Shown: piece after piece, positions 10,918-24,024 of the stretch
Position numbering within the stretch: the stretch's first letter is position 1
Layout: every line of letters begins with the position of its first letter
Source of the DNA: Macrostomum hystrix
Taxonomy: Eukaryota; Animalia; Platyhelminthes
NCBI GenBank assembly: GCA_950097015.1
Contig: CATNEN010000039.1
Coordinates: forward strand, 20,832,001 to 20,896,000
Reading direction: 5' to 3'
DNA length: 64,000 nt
The notes under the pieces: generated by a model
What the model was told of the DNA's origin: nothing
What the model saw: the letters and a program-made list of their open reading frames with translations, nothing else
Database searches by the model: none
Program-made: the position numbers and the translations under genes

Positions 10918-11465
10918 TTGAATCGATTAAAGAGTTACGGCGCGGGGTTGGAATTTTTTGTTAGCTGACATGGAGAAGGGCGGAAGCTGAAGGGCTGCCT
11001 GAGCACGGTGAGTCAGGTTGATGGTTGATGGCTTAGTAACTTGAGTTAGCTGAGCACAATTCACTGAGCATACCATCACGCCTAAGAATCTAGGGCATGA
11101 ATGAGAAGCTTTATAAAGGCCTTGAACAACAAAAGCTGGACGAGCCGTGTTGGGAAGCTTTTCTTTTGGGGAAAGAAATGAAAACGGTTGAGCTGTATTG
11201 GCTTCTGCTGGGACTATGAAGGGCGTCGGAAAAAAAAAATTCCGACAAAAAAGAAAATATTCTAACGGCATCAATAACTCAAGTTGAGCAATTTTTACGT
11301 GCAACTTCACATTAATTCTGAGGAGACACTGAAATCAGAAGAAGCAAATGGTTTACAAATTTAGCCATCAATAATAGGATCATCACAAACAATTTAAAGC
11401 TGTTCTGTTTCTGCCCTAAAAATATCTGACACGATCCATGAAAGGCTACTGTTTGCCATCAGCTT

Positions 11466-11518
11466 TCACTCCTTGGCCTTCTGCTCCGTTGTCTTATCGC
11501 CGCTCTGCTCACCAGAAC

Positions 11519-11562
<44 letters not shown>

Positions 11563-14500
11563 TGCTGCTGCTGCTGATCAGACTGCTTGCCGTCGTCCTT
11601 CCGTCGGCTTGACTGTCGCTCCGATGAGCGAGACTGGCCCTTCTCCGGCTGCGGGGTGAAGGAGCCGGGTGGCTAGAAGAGTGAAGAGTGATTAGAAGAG
11701 TGACAGATTGGTAGAGTGACAGATTGGTAGAGTGACAGATTGGTAGAGTGACAGATTGGTAGAGTGACAGATTGGTAGAGTGACAGATTGGTAGAGTGAC
11801 AGATTGGTAGAGTGACAGATTGGTAGAGTGACAGATTGGTAGAGTGACAGATTGGTAGAGTGACAGATTGGTAGAGTGACAGATTGGTAGAGTGACAGAT
11901 TGGTAGAGTGACAGATTGGTAGAGTGACAGATTGGTAGAGTGACAGATTGGTAGAGTGACAGATTGGTAGAGTGACAGATTGGTAGAGTGACAGATTGGT
12001 AGAGTGACAGATTGGTAGAGTGACAGATTGGTAGAGTGACAGATTGGTAGAGTGACAGATTGGTAGAGTGACAGATTGGTAGAGTGACAGATTGGTAGAG
12101 TGACAGATTGGTAGAGTGACAGATTGGTAGAGTGACAGATTGGTAGAGTGACAGATTGGTAGAGTGACAGATTGGTAGAGTGACAGATTGGTAGAGTGAC
12201 AGATTGGTAGAGTGACAGATTGGTAGAGTGACAGATTGGTAGAGTGACAGATTGGTAGAGTGACAGATTGGTAGAGTGACAGATTGGTAGAGTGACAGAT
12301 TGGTAGAGTGACAGATTGGTAGAGTGACAGATTGGTAGAGTGACAGATTGGGGTGACAGATTGGTAGAGTGAAAGATTGAAAAGTTTCGCAGAGTGACAG
12401 GTCGCAAGCAATCCATGCCTATGCCAGATCGTCATTAACTATGCACAGTAGAATATGATTTCGCCAAAACTTTTTAAACAAACCAAAGAATCTTTACTTA
12501 AGTTAGAAAGCAAACTTTAGACAGGTTCAACTTGCGCATGGAGAAAGTAAGTTTGCTTTAACAACACCTAGCGCTGCAGACGAAACAGCTTGCTTGCTAG
12601 CTCAGTCAGAACCCAGCATGTTTGAGAGCAAACAAACATTACTTAATCCAATTTTATTTAAGCTTGTAAAAAGCTGAACTCAAAGTCATATTGAGCAGAA
12701 TCTTGAAGCGACGATGAGGAACGAAAAGTTTGTCTAGCGGAGACCGGGGGGAATACTACTTCCTGTGGTTGTCAATAGCAACGCAGCAATCAGCAAAGCA
12801 TATGTGGCAGACGGGGAGAATGTTTTAAAGTAAAAATATTCCCAGGTGTAAACCTATCAGTGGTGGCTTAATGCAATAAATCATCGACATAAACATCATG
12901 CACCCTTTAAGTGCAATAATTCTGCTTTGTGGGTTTCATAACAGTAGAACGACCACTTTAGGTTATTTCAAATACCCAGGATTTTCTTTTTTTGTATCTC
13001 CCAACATTTTCAACCCGTCGCCATGATAGACGGGACACAATCTTATAAAATTTTCCGCTCTAGCCGACGAAACAACTTCAAGAATCACAAAGCATCGGCG
13101 TCGTCTAGATATTCAACGATTCTCCTCGGCTGTCTGGTGGCGAAAAACATAGAAAAATTGGCCTAAAAAAATTGGCATAATTTTTCTGCTCACAAAATTT
13201 CCTCATGTAACCATATGTCGACTATTATTGTTAGTTATATTGAACTGACAATTTTGTAAATTTTCCTATTATTGAACCATTATTGAACTCATCTCTCCCT
13301 TGTCTCATCTCTCTCTCTAACCTAACCCTAACCCTAACCCTAACCCTAACCCTCTCGTATATTCACCATAGAGGTTAATAAAGGACAATGTTAGTTGTCC
13401 TTGCCACCAGGGTCTTCGACAAGAATCGCTGAATAACTCGACGATGCTGACGTCCGATGGCTTTGAAAGTTAAGGGTGGAAAATGTTGATCCATAAGGTG
13501 GAATTTCACAGAAAACCTGCCATTCGGTTTAGGAGCTATCGTGAAGTAGGCAGGGGTGTTTGAAAAACGAAGAAACTAGCTCCATTTTCCTTTATTCCTA
13601 AGATTTTTCCGGGTTTTTTCGTCGTGCCACTTATTTCCGGGTTTTTCTGACGTCGTTCGTCGACAATAGTAACGATCTGATCTTTACCCATAAGAGCTTT
13701 AGGAATGTAAAGAGAACTCATTATCACCTTCTCCCACCAGCCAGTGGGGTACCGGCTGATGTTGTCCAGGTAGATGAGGTTGCGCTGCCAGTCGGCCTGC
13801 CAGTCGAGTTCACCGCGCCCGACGGACTTGTCGAGAATGCGCTCCATCATAGCCTTGTTCTCGCGCGTGACCCGAAGCAGCTCGCGCTGGCGCTTTGACC
13901 GGTTCAAACTGGCACGGGAAGAGGTTGCGATGTGTGAGCAAAATCAAAATATTTATTTAAATATTTTTGTGGGTATCAATCTCAACAAAAGCTACACAAC
14001 AAATTATTTCGTCTTCTAATACCGCAGAAACGGATGTTATACCTTAAAGATATTGCTTAACCTATCTCAATGCGAACACCGCAAGGACTGTGGGTGAATC
14101 ATTAAAGACTGTTAATTTTACTGGCAATGTAAGTTTCGGGGGCAACTGCAAACCCTGTGGTGGAAATTTGGCGACTGCAGGAAAACAGCCAGTTTTTTCA
14201 ATTTTATTGTTCGTATTGTATTAAAAAATTCTTTGATAAGGATGAGTATTCAACCTTTTAGGATTGTAGTTATTGACATTGTCAATGCGACCTCCGGTGC
14301 GCATAATCATGGACATCTTCTCCAGAAGGATTCGATTGTCCCGCTCAATGATGGCCAGCCGTTCCTCTTCCAGCTGCAGCTTCTTCGGCTTCAGGTGCAG
14401 GTGAATATAGGTCTGAGGCGGCTTTGTGTCCACCATCGCTTTCACATTTCTTAGCTGTTTGGAATTGAAATAGAAAATTCTGTTACTTTGCATTTTTAAG

Positions 14501-15175
14501 CTGATTAAAAGTTTAATGCATACACTGGTATAATTTATGTTAATATTGATCTAATAGCTGATAATTAAGCATTTTATAGATACAAAAACACTTGCACAAT
14601 TTTTTTTCTCTCAAATAAGAGTTATTTGATATTATGATTTTAACCTTTTAAAAATAAATTTGTAATGGCTCTTGAAATTCATTGCCTTCTGTACTATTTT
14701 TGAGCAACCATAGAAGAGAAATGCTGTCATGTACTCTTACTAAACTGTCATGAATAATTATACCTAGTACCTTAAGCCATTATATTATTAATTAATGTGT
14801 ACAGGAGTAACTAAATAAATAATTTTTTTCGAGATCAAGAAAAAATCTATCTATACCATCCAGAAATAAAAATCTATAATCCTACAATATTTATAAAAGA
14901 TGCATATTTAATTTTTTTATTTGTGTCTCGTTAGCTATATATTTGTCCATATTTGCTTATAAATATTGTACTGTTAAACCTTTAAGATAAAAAACGTTCA
15001 GGACAATACAATTTTATTAATGAAATTTAAAAAATGATACGATAAGTGATACGATAAGTGTGAACTTTTGTCTTACCTCCTCCCTGTGTCTCTTGTATGC
15101 TGCCTCGTCATACTGCATTTGCAGAAGACGATTTTGGCAAGGAAGAACAGAATAATAATAGCGATGGCGCTGCAT
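11466..15175 (-). CDS. CFAP97/KIAA1430-domain protein (CFAP97D1/D2-like); exons 15175-15077, 14454-14255, 13908-13728, 11672-11466
   Basis: MQRHRYYYSVLPCQNRLLQMQYDEAAYKRHREE|LRNVKAMVDTKPPQTYIHLHLKPKKLQLEEERLAIIERDNRILLEKM..|SLNRSKRQRELLRVTRENKAMMERI..YPTGWWEK|PPGSF..poly-Q..KAKE*. GT-AG junctions are in frame. Confidence 0.88.
11695..12372. repeat. Near-perfect minisatellite, 16-bp unit AGAGTGACAGATTGGT
   Basis: About 42 almost invariant units next to the last-exon acceptor. Confidence 0.97.
13317..13353 (-). repeat. Short interstitial telomeric repeat (TTAGGG)n
   Basis: CTAACCTAACCCTAACCCTAACCCTAACCCTAACCCT. Confidence 0.85.
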
Positions 15176-16249
15176 TTCTGTGATTGAATCACAAGTACAG
15201 TGTGACAAATCTTATTTTTCAGTTCGCGTTAGAAACTAGAATTCATGGCAGTTTTGCAACTTAAATTCACGCGGTAGGTGCTGTCCATCGTTACGGAAAG
15301 AATTTGTTATAACGCAGTGTATCTATGGACAAATGAACACGCAATCAGTATATATATATAATGCCGAAAACATTAATCCAAGCTCCTTCCCTTTTCCTTT
15401 ATTTTCAGTTCCCTGTGGATTTTTTGCAACGCTAATACTTTATTAACTGTACGATCTATTTTAAACATATTTAGATGTGCTTACATGCAAATGTTTTTAG
15501 AACCAAATTTACATTTAGTACCGAGTGAAAAAAAACATTCAATGCTGCTTAACGGCGCATTGCGATTTCTTCTTCGCTAACCCAAGTAGCGAAGTAAATG
15601 AGCTAAGACAATGTAAAATACAGGGTTTCCGCATTAATAATTCGCTTTTTGACCAATGCAGTAACTATAGCCAGTAAATGACTCGTGCCCCACTCTGCAT
15701 TGCATTACGGCTGTAAACAATAGTACTCCGCAGCGGCTCTGCAGCCCCGTGGCATTAAAGTGCATGAACATATTTAAATATTGTTTTCTCGCCCGTTTCG
15801 AATTCCATAATAGGCCATAAACGACATGCAATTTAACAATGACATACTGAAAGCCACTTATTCTCCAATGATTTTTTTGCACCTAGTGCATTTCTTGTAC
15901 ATGAAGCAATATTGCGTTGATGCAATATTCGTCTTATTCAAATTTTTGTGCAAAGTAAAACATCTGTTGCCCAAAAAAGCTAAAAATACGCATTGCAATT
16001 GCTAACTTTAATTAAATATTTTGTAAGCTTTTTTACTGACTTCCAGCAGGTCTGTAAAAATCGAAATACTACCTATGTAGAAGACTATTCGGAGTTATAA
16101 CGCATTTTTTTCGCAACAAGTTAGTCCAAAGACTCCGAAAATGATCGAGAACTCGATTGTTGTGTGCTTAATTAGTGGGTGATAATTCCGGCTCGGAAAA
16201 ATTCTGTACGCTGTCAGCTGGCATAAAGCCATGCAGTGCAAAAAGAAAT

Positions 16250-17180
16250 TCGTACTAGATATGCTTAGAGCTCTTGCTGCTGCTTATGCTCCGCATGTAC
16301 ATCTCCAGCGTACGGGCGGAAAGAGTCGGTCGTGACTTCATGCAGCTCCGCTGGCGAAGCTTGTTGCTATAGTAAATCGGCTCACAGCTGCGAACTCTTG
16401 GTCGAATAAGTTGGCGATGCTGGTGCTTTTATACAGGCTGTTCTCGTTCCGCGTGGCTGATGAGGGCCGTGCGGTCGTCACTAAATCTGCCATCCACGCC
16501 GACAATTCAATTCCTCGCGTTGGTCAGTCACAAAAGCCCTCGAGACATGACTTTATGCATGACCTGCTGGATGGCCGCGGTAAAGCGTCGTCATGGGCGC
16601 TACAGCAGTTCACGGAGTGCCTCCAGTCGGGCGGCGCAGCCGCTTCCGCCACGGGGCACCATGGCCGGGAGGGGCGGCGTGGGGCCAGGCGGTTGACAAT
16701 ACGATTTGTTGGACCAGACGGAGGGGCACGAACAGTCTCGCCGACGTCATCTGGATGAAAAATCGGAAGGTTGTCGGAGCTAATTTGGTCTGCGACGCGC
16801 CAGGTGATGTACTTTTATTGGACCAGGAGATCAATGACGTGGTGGAAGGTGAAGTCGGTGCAGAGACGCGGTATAGTAGGAGCTGACGCGAGGTAGGATT
16901 GCGCCGTCGTTCAGGGTGAGGAAGTTGCCAATTGAAGCCGCCGACATCCCTCCATCTCCACGACCAACTTGCTAATTGTTGCAAGGTCCCAGATCCCGTG
17001 AATGGCATAAGTGCCAGCCATGCAGGCACGCGCGCGACATGTGTGTTCAGATGCTGGTCCTGGTCAGGACGGGTTGACTTGGTCTCGAGCTCTCAACAGC
17101 TGCAGCAATTTTAGGTGAGCTGGCCCGGCAAGGAAAAACCCGACGTTGCTAGATGGATCGGAGCTTTCTCCCATGGCTGC
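16250..17180 (-). mobile_element. Decayed LINE fragment: APE endonuclease region and linker
   Basis: GC-rich island with stops and frameshifts. Across frames: MAGTYAIHGIWD (cf. GDFNAHH.lW), FLTLNDGAILPR (cf. LNDGSPTR), SAP/DFTF (cf. SAPDLT), WRVADQISSDNLPIF (cf. SDHLPI). Confidence 0.7.
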
Positions 17181-19347
17181 TGCCCTTTGCAGTCCGAAGT
17201 ATAATGATGAACTTCAAATAATTTCAGAAGAATTCAATATAATAATTTGAAAAAAAGCCAGCATTGTTTTTGGAAACATTTATAATTCAGTCTGTGCAGT
17301 CTGGATACTACGCTTGTATGTAAAGTAACGTTATATTATATCTCTCGAAGTTTACGACGGGAAAATGAATTCGATGTCAATTAAATTAAAATAGATAATT
17401 TATATATATTTAGTTAGCACAGGACACAGAAAATAACACGAAACAAATTACAGTTTAAACTAACATATTAGTTGCTGCGAAAGCGTATAAAAGGCGCGAT
17501 TACAGGGTAAAACGCATATATATATTCATATGAATTTGCTTTGCGAAATTAAGACAGTATAACTTATAAATGTATGCATGATACCACGTACTTGCGTAGC
17601 TTGACATAATATTTTGTTATAACTGTTACTCTTAATAATAAGTTAAAAAAGGTTTGCCTAAACACTGTAGCGACAGTTATTAAAAGTCTTGACTCAAACA
17701 GGAGAGGAAAAATTTAGGTGTGCTTGTAACCTATTAATTTATAAAAACTATATATCTCCTAAAATTAATTTGTGATGGTCAAACAAACAAACTACAGCCT
17801 ACTCGTCGGTTTTCTATATTCTGTTAAGATAGTGCTGCAAAGTCATATTTAGTTCGGCATTGAGTTAAAAATCTAAATCGATAGCAGATTGGATACAGAA
17901 GTTAAATGTACAACACGCCAAGAACTATTCTGTGTGCTAATAATGTGCAAAAATATTGTCAGACACAACATTATCTGCCGAAATATAGTGATAGTGTGTG
18001 ATAGTATACTGTAATCAGTTTATTCATCAACAACACCTGAAATACTCGTACGTCTGTATGTCACCTCACTATACTGTATGTCTTTTTTTTAAAGAATCTA
18101 AAGGACTGCAAAAGTACAATTGTAGCCATTTTACTTTTAGAAATCAGTGTGGGAAATAATAGTTTAACATAGTGTACGATGCTAGCTGAATTCGCGACAA
18201 TCGTGTGGTCAATATTTACGCGAAGCCAACAACACAGTCACAACTTAAAAAAAGATGAACGCAGATCTAATAAACTATTATAAAGGGTAAAATATAGTCT
18301 AAATACACGAAGGTATATCAGTGTAAAGACATCCAATAACTTAAATTAATTGTAGCATATAGCTACTTCTAATCATTCTGCGATGAGCAGTCAAGGATCG
18401 AAAAAGTTAATGTCAAAGCGTGATCAGGTTTAAAATGGTCGATAAGAAAGGAATTCAGTTCTAAGCTTGTTCAAACAATAGAAGTTTAATGACATATATT
18501 TGTAGTGTAGGGGCGCTTAAGCAACGGGCTTTAAAAATTTGTCACTAAAATATGTAAAATTCTGCTAGTGTAATACATTTAAATTCAAAATTTTATGTCT
18601 TAAATCCATTAAGAAATTTAAATTGGTGCTAAACACACAATATAACAAAATTTCACACTAAAGGGTGATTAGAAAGCAGTATTTTATTCACAAAAAGTAC
18701 AACAACTTTTTGAACTATAAAACATAATGCTATGTTACAATTAGGCGCACAAAAATATTTGACTAAAGTAAAAAGCAAAGTTAAATAATTATACTAGACA
18801 CTAAAAGTCCATACTCAACAGAAATGAAGACTTGTCGCTAAAAATTCACTGACTAAAATGTACGGATTCAAACTAATGTTTTTATGACGCCATGCAAACA
18901 TTATTTTTGTAATGGGGCCTTTAAAAAATTGACGAAGCCCCATAAAATTTTACTTTCAAGAATTTTCTAAGAAATAACTACTTCGGCGGGTTTAAGAAAG
19001 GCAGTGTGTTATAAAATTAACACACATCAAGATTTACGCATTCTTACAAGTTCCCCGATTGTCTGCAAAGAGACCGAAAATCTTTAAAGTGTTTTTTGAA
19101 ATGATAAACCTTCAGTACCAAAAGTTCTAACTAAGAAGGGAGAAAGTAAATGGGGCCGGCTAATTATGAATCTTCTCGAACTGTTGCCCAATTTTTGCAC
19201 AATGCATGGAGATTTTTATACTAAAACTACGCTACGCTGTTGAAGAGATCACGAAGGCCGACGATAAAGATGCAAACAGAAAATAATTGTTGGCAGTCAA
19301 TCACAGAGCGAAGCTGAACTAAAACTCAGCAACATCGCGACGGAGGT

Positions 19348-20038
19348 TCAAATCGACGTCGTCGTCGCCAATGCAGCCGAGGCGGCAGCGGCCGAGGCCG
19401 AGCTGCTCTCGCCAACCCGGCCAGCCAGACTGACCGAGCGGACGAAGTGAAAATCGGCGGCGCGGCAGTGCGGACACGCCAGCGGCTGCGAGAATTGCGA
19501 GAACGCCGCGGGCAGGTCGCCCGGCTCAGTTACAAGCGGCCTCCGGCAGTGGCTGCACAGCAGCCGCTCAGGACAGCAGGGCGAGCAGGCGAGCACATCG
19601 AAGGTGTAGATGCCGCCAATCAGCAGGTGTGAGCCGTCCCAGGCACGCTGGCAGTAGCGGCATCGGCTGTGCAGCTGCGGAGCCCGGGTTCGGCAGCAGC
19701 AGTGCAGGCAGACAGCGTACAGGAAGCCCTTGCCGCAGGCTGGGCTGTCCGAGCGGTGATGCCGGACAGGGCTCAGGAAGAATGTCCCGTCAATCAGGGG
19801 GAAGTGATCATAGACTGACATCTGGTGACCGCAGAGGGTGCAGGCCACATGCGGCGTGCGGCAGGCCGTGAGTGTTGTCAGCACCAGCGCCTTGAGCTCG
19901 TCATTCTCAGTTGAGCTGTCGTCCTCAGTGACGATGTGAAACTTGTTCTGCTTGCTTCTCGGTAGAGCTTTCAAGCTTTCAAAGTTGTCGGTTCGACGGC
20001 GGAAGATGTTGCCCCGATTGCGCAGCTGGCTTTGGATG

Positions 20039-20079
<41 letters not shown>

Positions 20080-21432
20080 ATAAACGACTGTTGAAGGGGG
20101 ACACAGCGTTGATGGCGAAGGCTGATGCGAATAGACGATTGAGGTGAATGGCACCGCGGCGGCGCCACTCGTGTCAGACATTGTGGGACTCAGACTGAAG
20201 GCGGTGCCGAAGCCGCCGCCCCCACCGTGGCTAGACGAGTTGCTGAGATTTCTTAGACGCCTATTCAGCATGTCGGTTGGGCTGCTGTAGGAGCCACTGG
20301 CGCCGCCGCCGCCGCCGCTGCCCATGATGTAGTAGCCGTTGGAGCCAGCCGTCTGTTGACGCCTGCGCGAAATCACCTGCGGCTGCGTGGCTGTCGACGG
20401 GCGCTGATCGCGCACAAGCTGGCCCTTGCCGCAGGGGCAGCGCAACTGCTGCTGCTGCTGACTGCTTCTGACTGTCTGGATCGACTTCTGTTGATGAGTT
20501 CTCTCCCATTTGCTGAGGCAATCTACATGAGCCCAGAAAACTGCAAGAAAAAAACTTCGCCAGAAAATTAGACTGTAGATTCGAAATTATTTGTGTAGAC
20601 TAATTGAAATACGATTATATCATATAATAATAATAATTGCAGGAGGGCTGCGGGCAATGGCTCATAATTTAGTGACACTAGACCCGCAGCCAGCGAGAAG
20701 GCAATTCTGCCCATTTCGCTGACTCCTGAGCACACACGCACAGATACTGTACGCAGGCATACGCTTACACAGGTGTGTACATCTGCCCTGACTTTCTCAT
20801 CGTGAGGCAGTGTACATTCTCACTGTGCCTTGGAGGTTCATGGTCCACGAGGGCGTAAGTTGCACGACAAGCCCCCAAGCCTTCTCTCCGCGGCTGCGCC
20901 CCAAATAAATGTAGCTTCGCCGTGGAAATGAACTTAGGGACCTTGGTGCGAGAGGCAAACGCGATAACCGCTCTGCCACCGACCCCCACGAGTATATCAT
21001 ACTAGTGGCGTAGCCATAATTTGTATCCAGGGGGTGCGCCACTAATGGGTGGCGCCTGTACTGGGGGGCGTCACATAGATTTGGCTAGGTTGGCTAGGTT
21101 CCTGTATCATACTCACCCTGGCCGCATGAGTGACCAGAGCACACCAGTTTAACAGCGTCTTGCGATTCCTCCGGGTCTTGAATCAGCGCTGAAATCGTCG
21201 TCCTCTGCTGCTGCTGCTGCTGCTGATTTGGCGCCAGGAGCTGCTGAGAATCGGCGGCTGAGTGTAAGAAACATGTGACACTGACCCCAGCTGTCTGAAA
21301 GTTGCTGAAGCCATTCTCCTGCACCGCCTGCTGCGAGTCCAGCTTGCCGCCGCCAATGCCGCCCTGTCTCCAACGCGTCGTTGAAACGCCGCCGCTGTTG
21401 CTACGCGCTTGCAGTGTAGTAGTCGACGACAT
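19348..21432 (-). CDS. HECA: Headcase protein homolog; exons 21432-21117, 20540-19348
   Basis: N-domain remnants (DAVKLVCSGHSC..WAHVDCLSKWE..CPCGKGQLVRD) and the C-domain RGNIFRRRTD..KQNKFHI..CTLC..VYDHFPLIDGTFFLSP..WDGSHLLIGGIYTFDVLACSPCC..CPHC..DFHFV. Confidence 0.93.
20626..20988 (-). mobile_element. SINE family A copy in the headcase intron
   Basis: Reverse complement of 6797-7180. Confidence 0.9.
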
Positions 21433-22164
21433 TGTAAACTTGTTGACTCTAACAACAACAATAGCGCAGCAATGCGAATGCGTAAAAAGGAGACAGCTGG
21501 CGGTAGAGCCTCTGAATGCAGCTAGTGGGGCGGGCCAAGTACTTTTAGATCGGTTTTGCTTGCGTCTTTAGCTTGCGAAAAATGAGCGAGAGAGAGACAG
21601 AGAGAGACAGAGAGAGAGAGAGAAGGCAAGGCGACAGGACTGGGGGTAGAGGGCTACGGCGTAGAGGTGGGGGCGTCCCCGCGTAGCCCTGAATGGCAGT
21701 CAAGAGAGGCTCTTGTGCGGAGGACTAGAGAGAGAAAAGGCATGAGAGAATTTCGGAGTGGGGATTCTATATCTCTGTCCGTCGTGTTTTCTCACCAGAC
21801 CAGTACAGTATTAGTACATCGGTACAGAGACGCGCGGCTAAACTTTTCTTAGTGCGTACAAAAAGCAAGCCCGATCGTGATACGAACAGAGAGAGCGGGG
21901 GTTTACGAGGCTGAAAGATACGGGTAGCTAGATACGTATAAGTATGAACGTACGGCTCAAAGATGTGAAGCGCCTGCAGGAGCAGCAACAGACCAATCCG
22001 ATTTATTGTGGAACTAGTGCACAATGTTCGTCATGCTTTAACTTCCGGATGCATTTTTAGTGCTGCACATTGGAAAATCCTTGTTGCCAACGAAGGGAGG
22101 CAAACTTGACAGAAAAAAACTGTCTGTTGGAGCTTCTGAGGACGGAGGCTGCCCTGGAATAGTA

Positions 22165-22320
22165 CATCCATCCATCTACCTACCTGCCTACCTACCTGCC
22201 TGCCTGCCTACCTACCTGCCTACCTATCTATCTATCTACCTATCTATCTGTTTATCTACGTACCTATCTATTCTAGATCCATCTATCTACCCATCAATCT
22301 GTCTGTCTGTCTATCTTATC
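22165..22320. repeat. Compound tetranucleotide microsatellite (CCTA/CCTG/TCTA)
   Basis: Visible in sequence. Confidence 0.8.
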
Positions 22321-22993
22321 TAGAAAATTTGCAGACGATTCTAACTTACAGATTACCTCTAATCTTGTGGCTGAGCTGTCCACTAATTAGCAGTAAAATT
22401 ATAAAGCGAAATTTTTCGAAGGCATAGCCTGACTGCCCAGTGCTGTAAGTAGTGCTGAGCTAGTGCTGACACTATAATTACAGCGAGCTTGACTCTCTGA
22501 GCAGTCTCGCATTTATCGCGTGTTGAACAATTTAAGCACCTGTCGTTTCGTCATTCCAATGACATGAAAGAGTCATCCAGAGGCAGTCATCACTTAACTA
22601 CTAACCTGCGACCTAGAAACATGTCACCTGGAAGCAGTGCATGGTCTAACTTTGAACTCCATGAAAATTTGTGCTTCACAGTAGACTTCCACCCCACTTC
22701 CCGATAGCTCCCAAACCGAATTATCAATAAAGTCCACTAAATATGGATCACAATTTTCCGCCCTTAACGATAAACTAACTTTTAACGATTAATTGAATAT
22801 TTTTTAAAGATACAGAAAAATTGGGGTTTCTAACTACAGCATAAAGTTTTTTTACAGATACAATTTACACTACTTACAGTAGAAAACATACAAACATCCA
22901 ATAGATTCAATTCACTCGTAGATATTTTGACATTTGATATTTGATATTTATATTTGATATTTATATTTGATATGTGATATTTATGACACAACT

Positions 22994-23244
22994 CGAGGGT
23001 TGTGTCATAAATTCGCTGACAAACTTACATAGCGTCTTTTTTATACAGACTAAGGCACCATCGATCTTATTGTCTATGGAAAATCTTCCCTCTGGCTTTT
23101 GAGATAAGGCAGAAATCGAGTGGCACAAATGTGTGCAGCTTGGGGGTGACTATGTTGAGAAGTGCAATGTTGACAATTAGCTGTTCTTTGTTAATTGTTT
23201 CTTTGATATCTGCAGTTGTCAGCGAATTTATGACACAACCCTCG
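22994..23244 (+). mobile_element. Internally deleted mariner (Tc1/mariner) element
   Basis: Perfect 29-bp TIRs CGAGGGTTGTGTCATAAATTCGCTGACAA, TA after the right TIR, and an internal remnant EWHKCVQLGGDYVEK (mariner transposase C-terminus). Confidence 0.9.
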
Positions 23245-24024
23245 TAATAAAAAAATCGTCAGTTTTTTTAATGAAAGTAGCGTTAATTAGATGCTAAACT
23301 GCGTGGTCTCTGTGCAGTCAAATAATACATTTCTATATGCAATTTTTCTGAAGCCATGAAAATTTGAGAAACCGTCGTATATCTGTCTCGCCGTATGGGT
23401 AGAAGACGATAAACTGAGATGCAAATTCCTGTCCAAGCATTTCTCTAGGTTGAATAATGCTTTATTGAGTCACAATTTTGTTCGCTTTCAACTATTCGAG
23501 TGTGCTCAACTGTGTTCTAAGGAGAACAGGTAGAAAAGCAAACAAGTTTGAACCTTAAACCCTCTCTCATAGCAGCCATGAGTCCCGTTTTATGCGTAAA
23601 CGTTAGTTGATAATATAAGGCCATTAGAAATGTACCTGCAGTGTCTACAGTGGTGCCCACTTCACCTCAGTCTGCATGGGATGCGCGCGTAATACTTCGT
23701 TTAGGGCTAGGATAGTATAGAGCCTAGAAGCTTTGAGAAATATAAACTCGCTATATATAAGGCTTTTTAAATATTTCTTGTTTTACTCAGATTCTCCGTT
23801 GAACAATGCGCACTATTGCTGTTTTAGTTTGAATTCAAGTTTTAACCATAAAACATAAACAAATTGTCCAAATTGGTTTGTTGTGAGATATGAAGCTACC
23901 AGCGTTGAACTTGAGTCCAACTTTGAGCAGTGCCGAAGCATTGAGACGAGAAGGACAGATAATGCGATCTGTGACCCAGATTGACTGGTACGTTTGACAA
24001 CTATCATATGAAGGCGAAAATGAG

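Noticed and set aside
19348-21432. Drosophila-type headcase stop-codon readthrough
   Set aside because: The spliced frame is uninterrupted through the C-domain.
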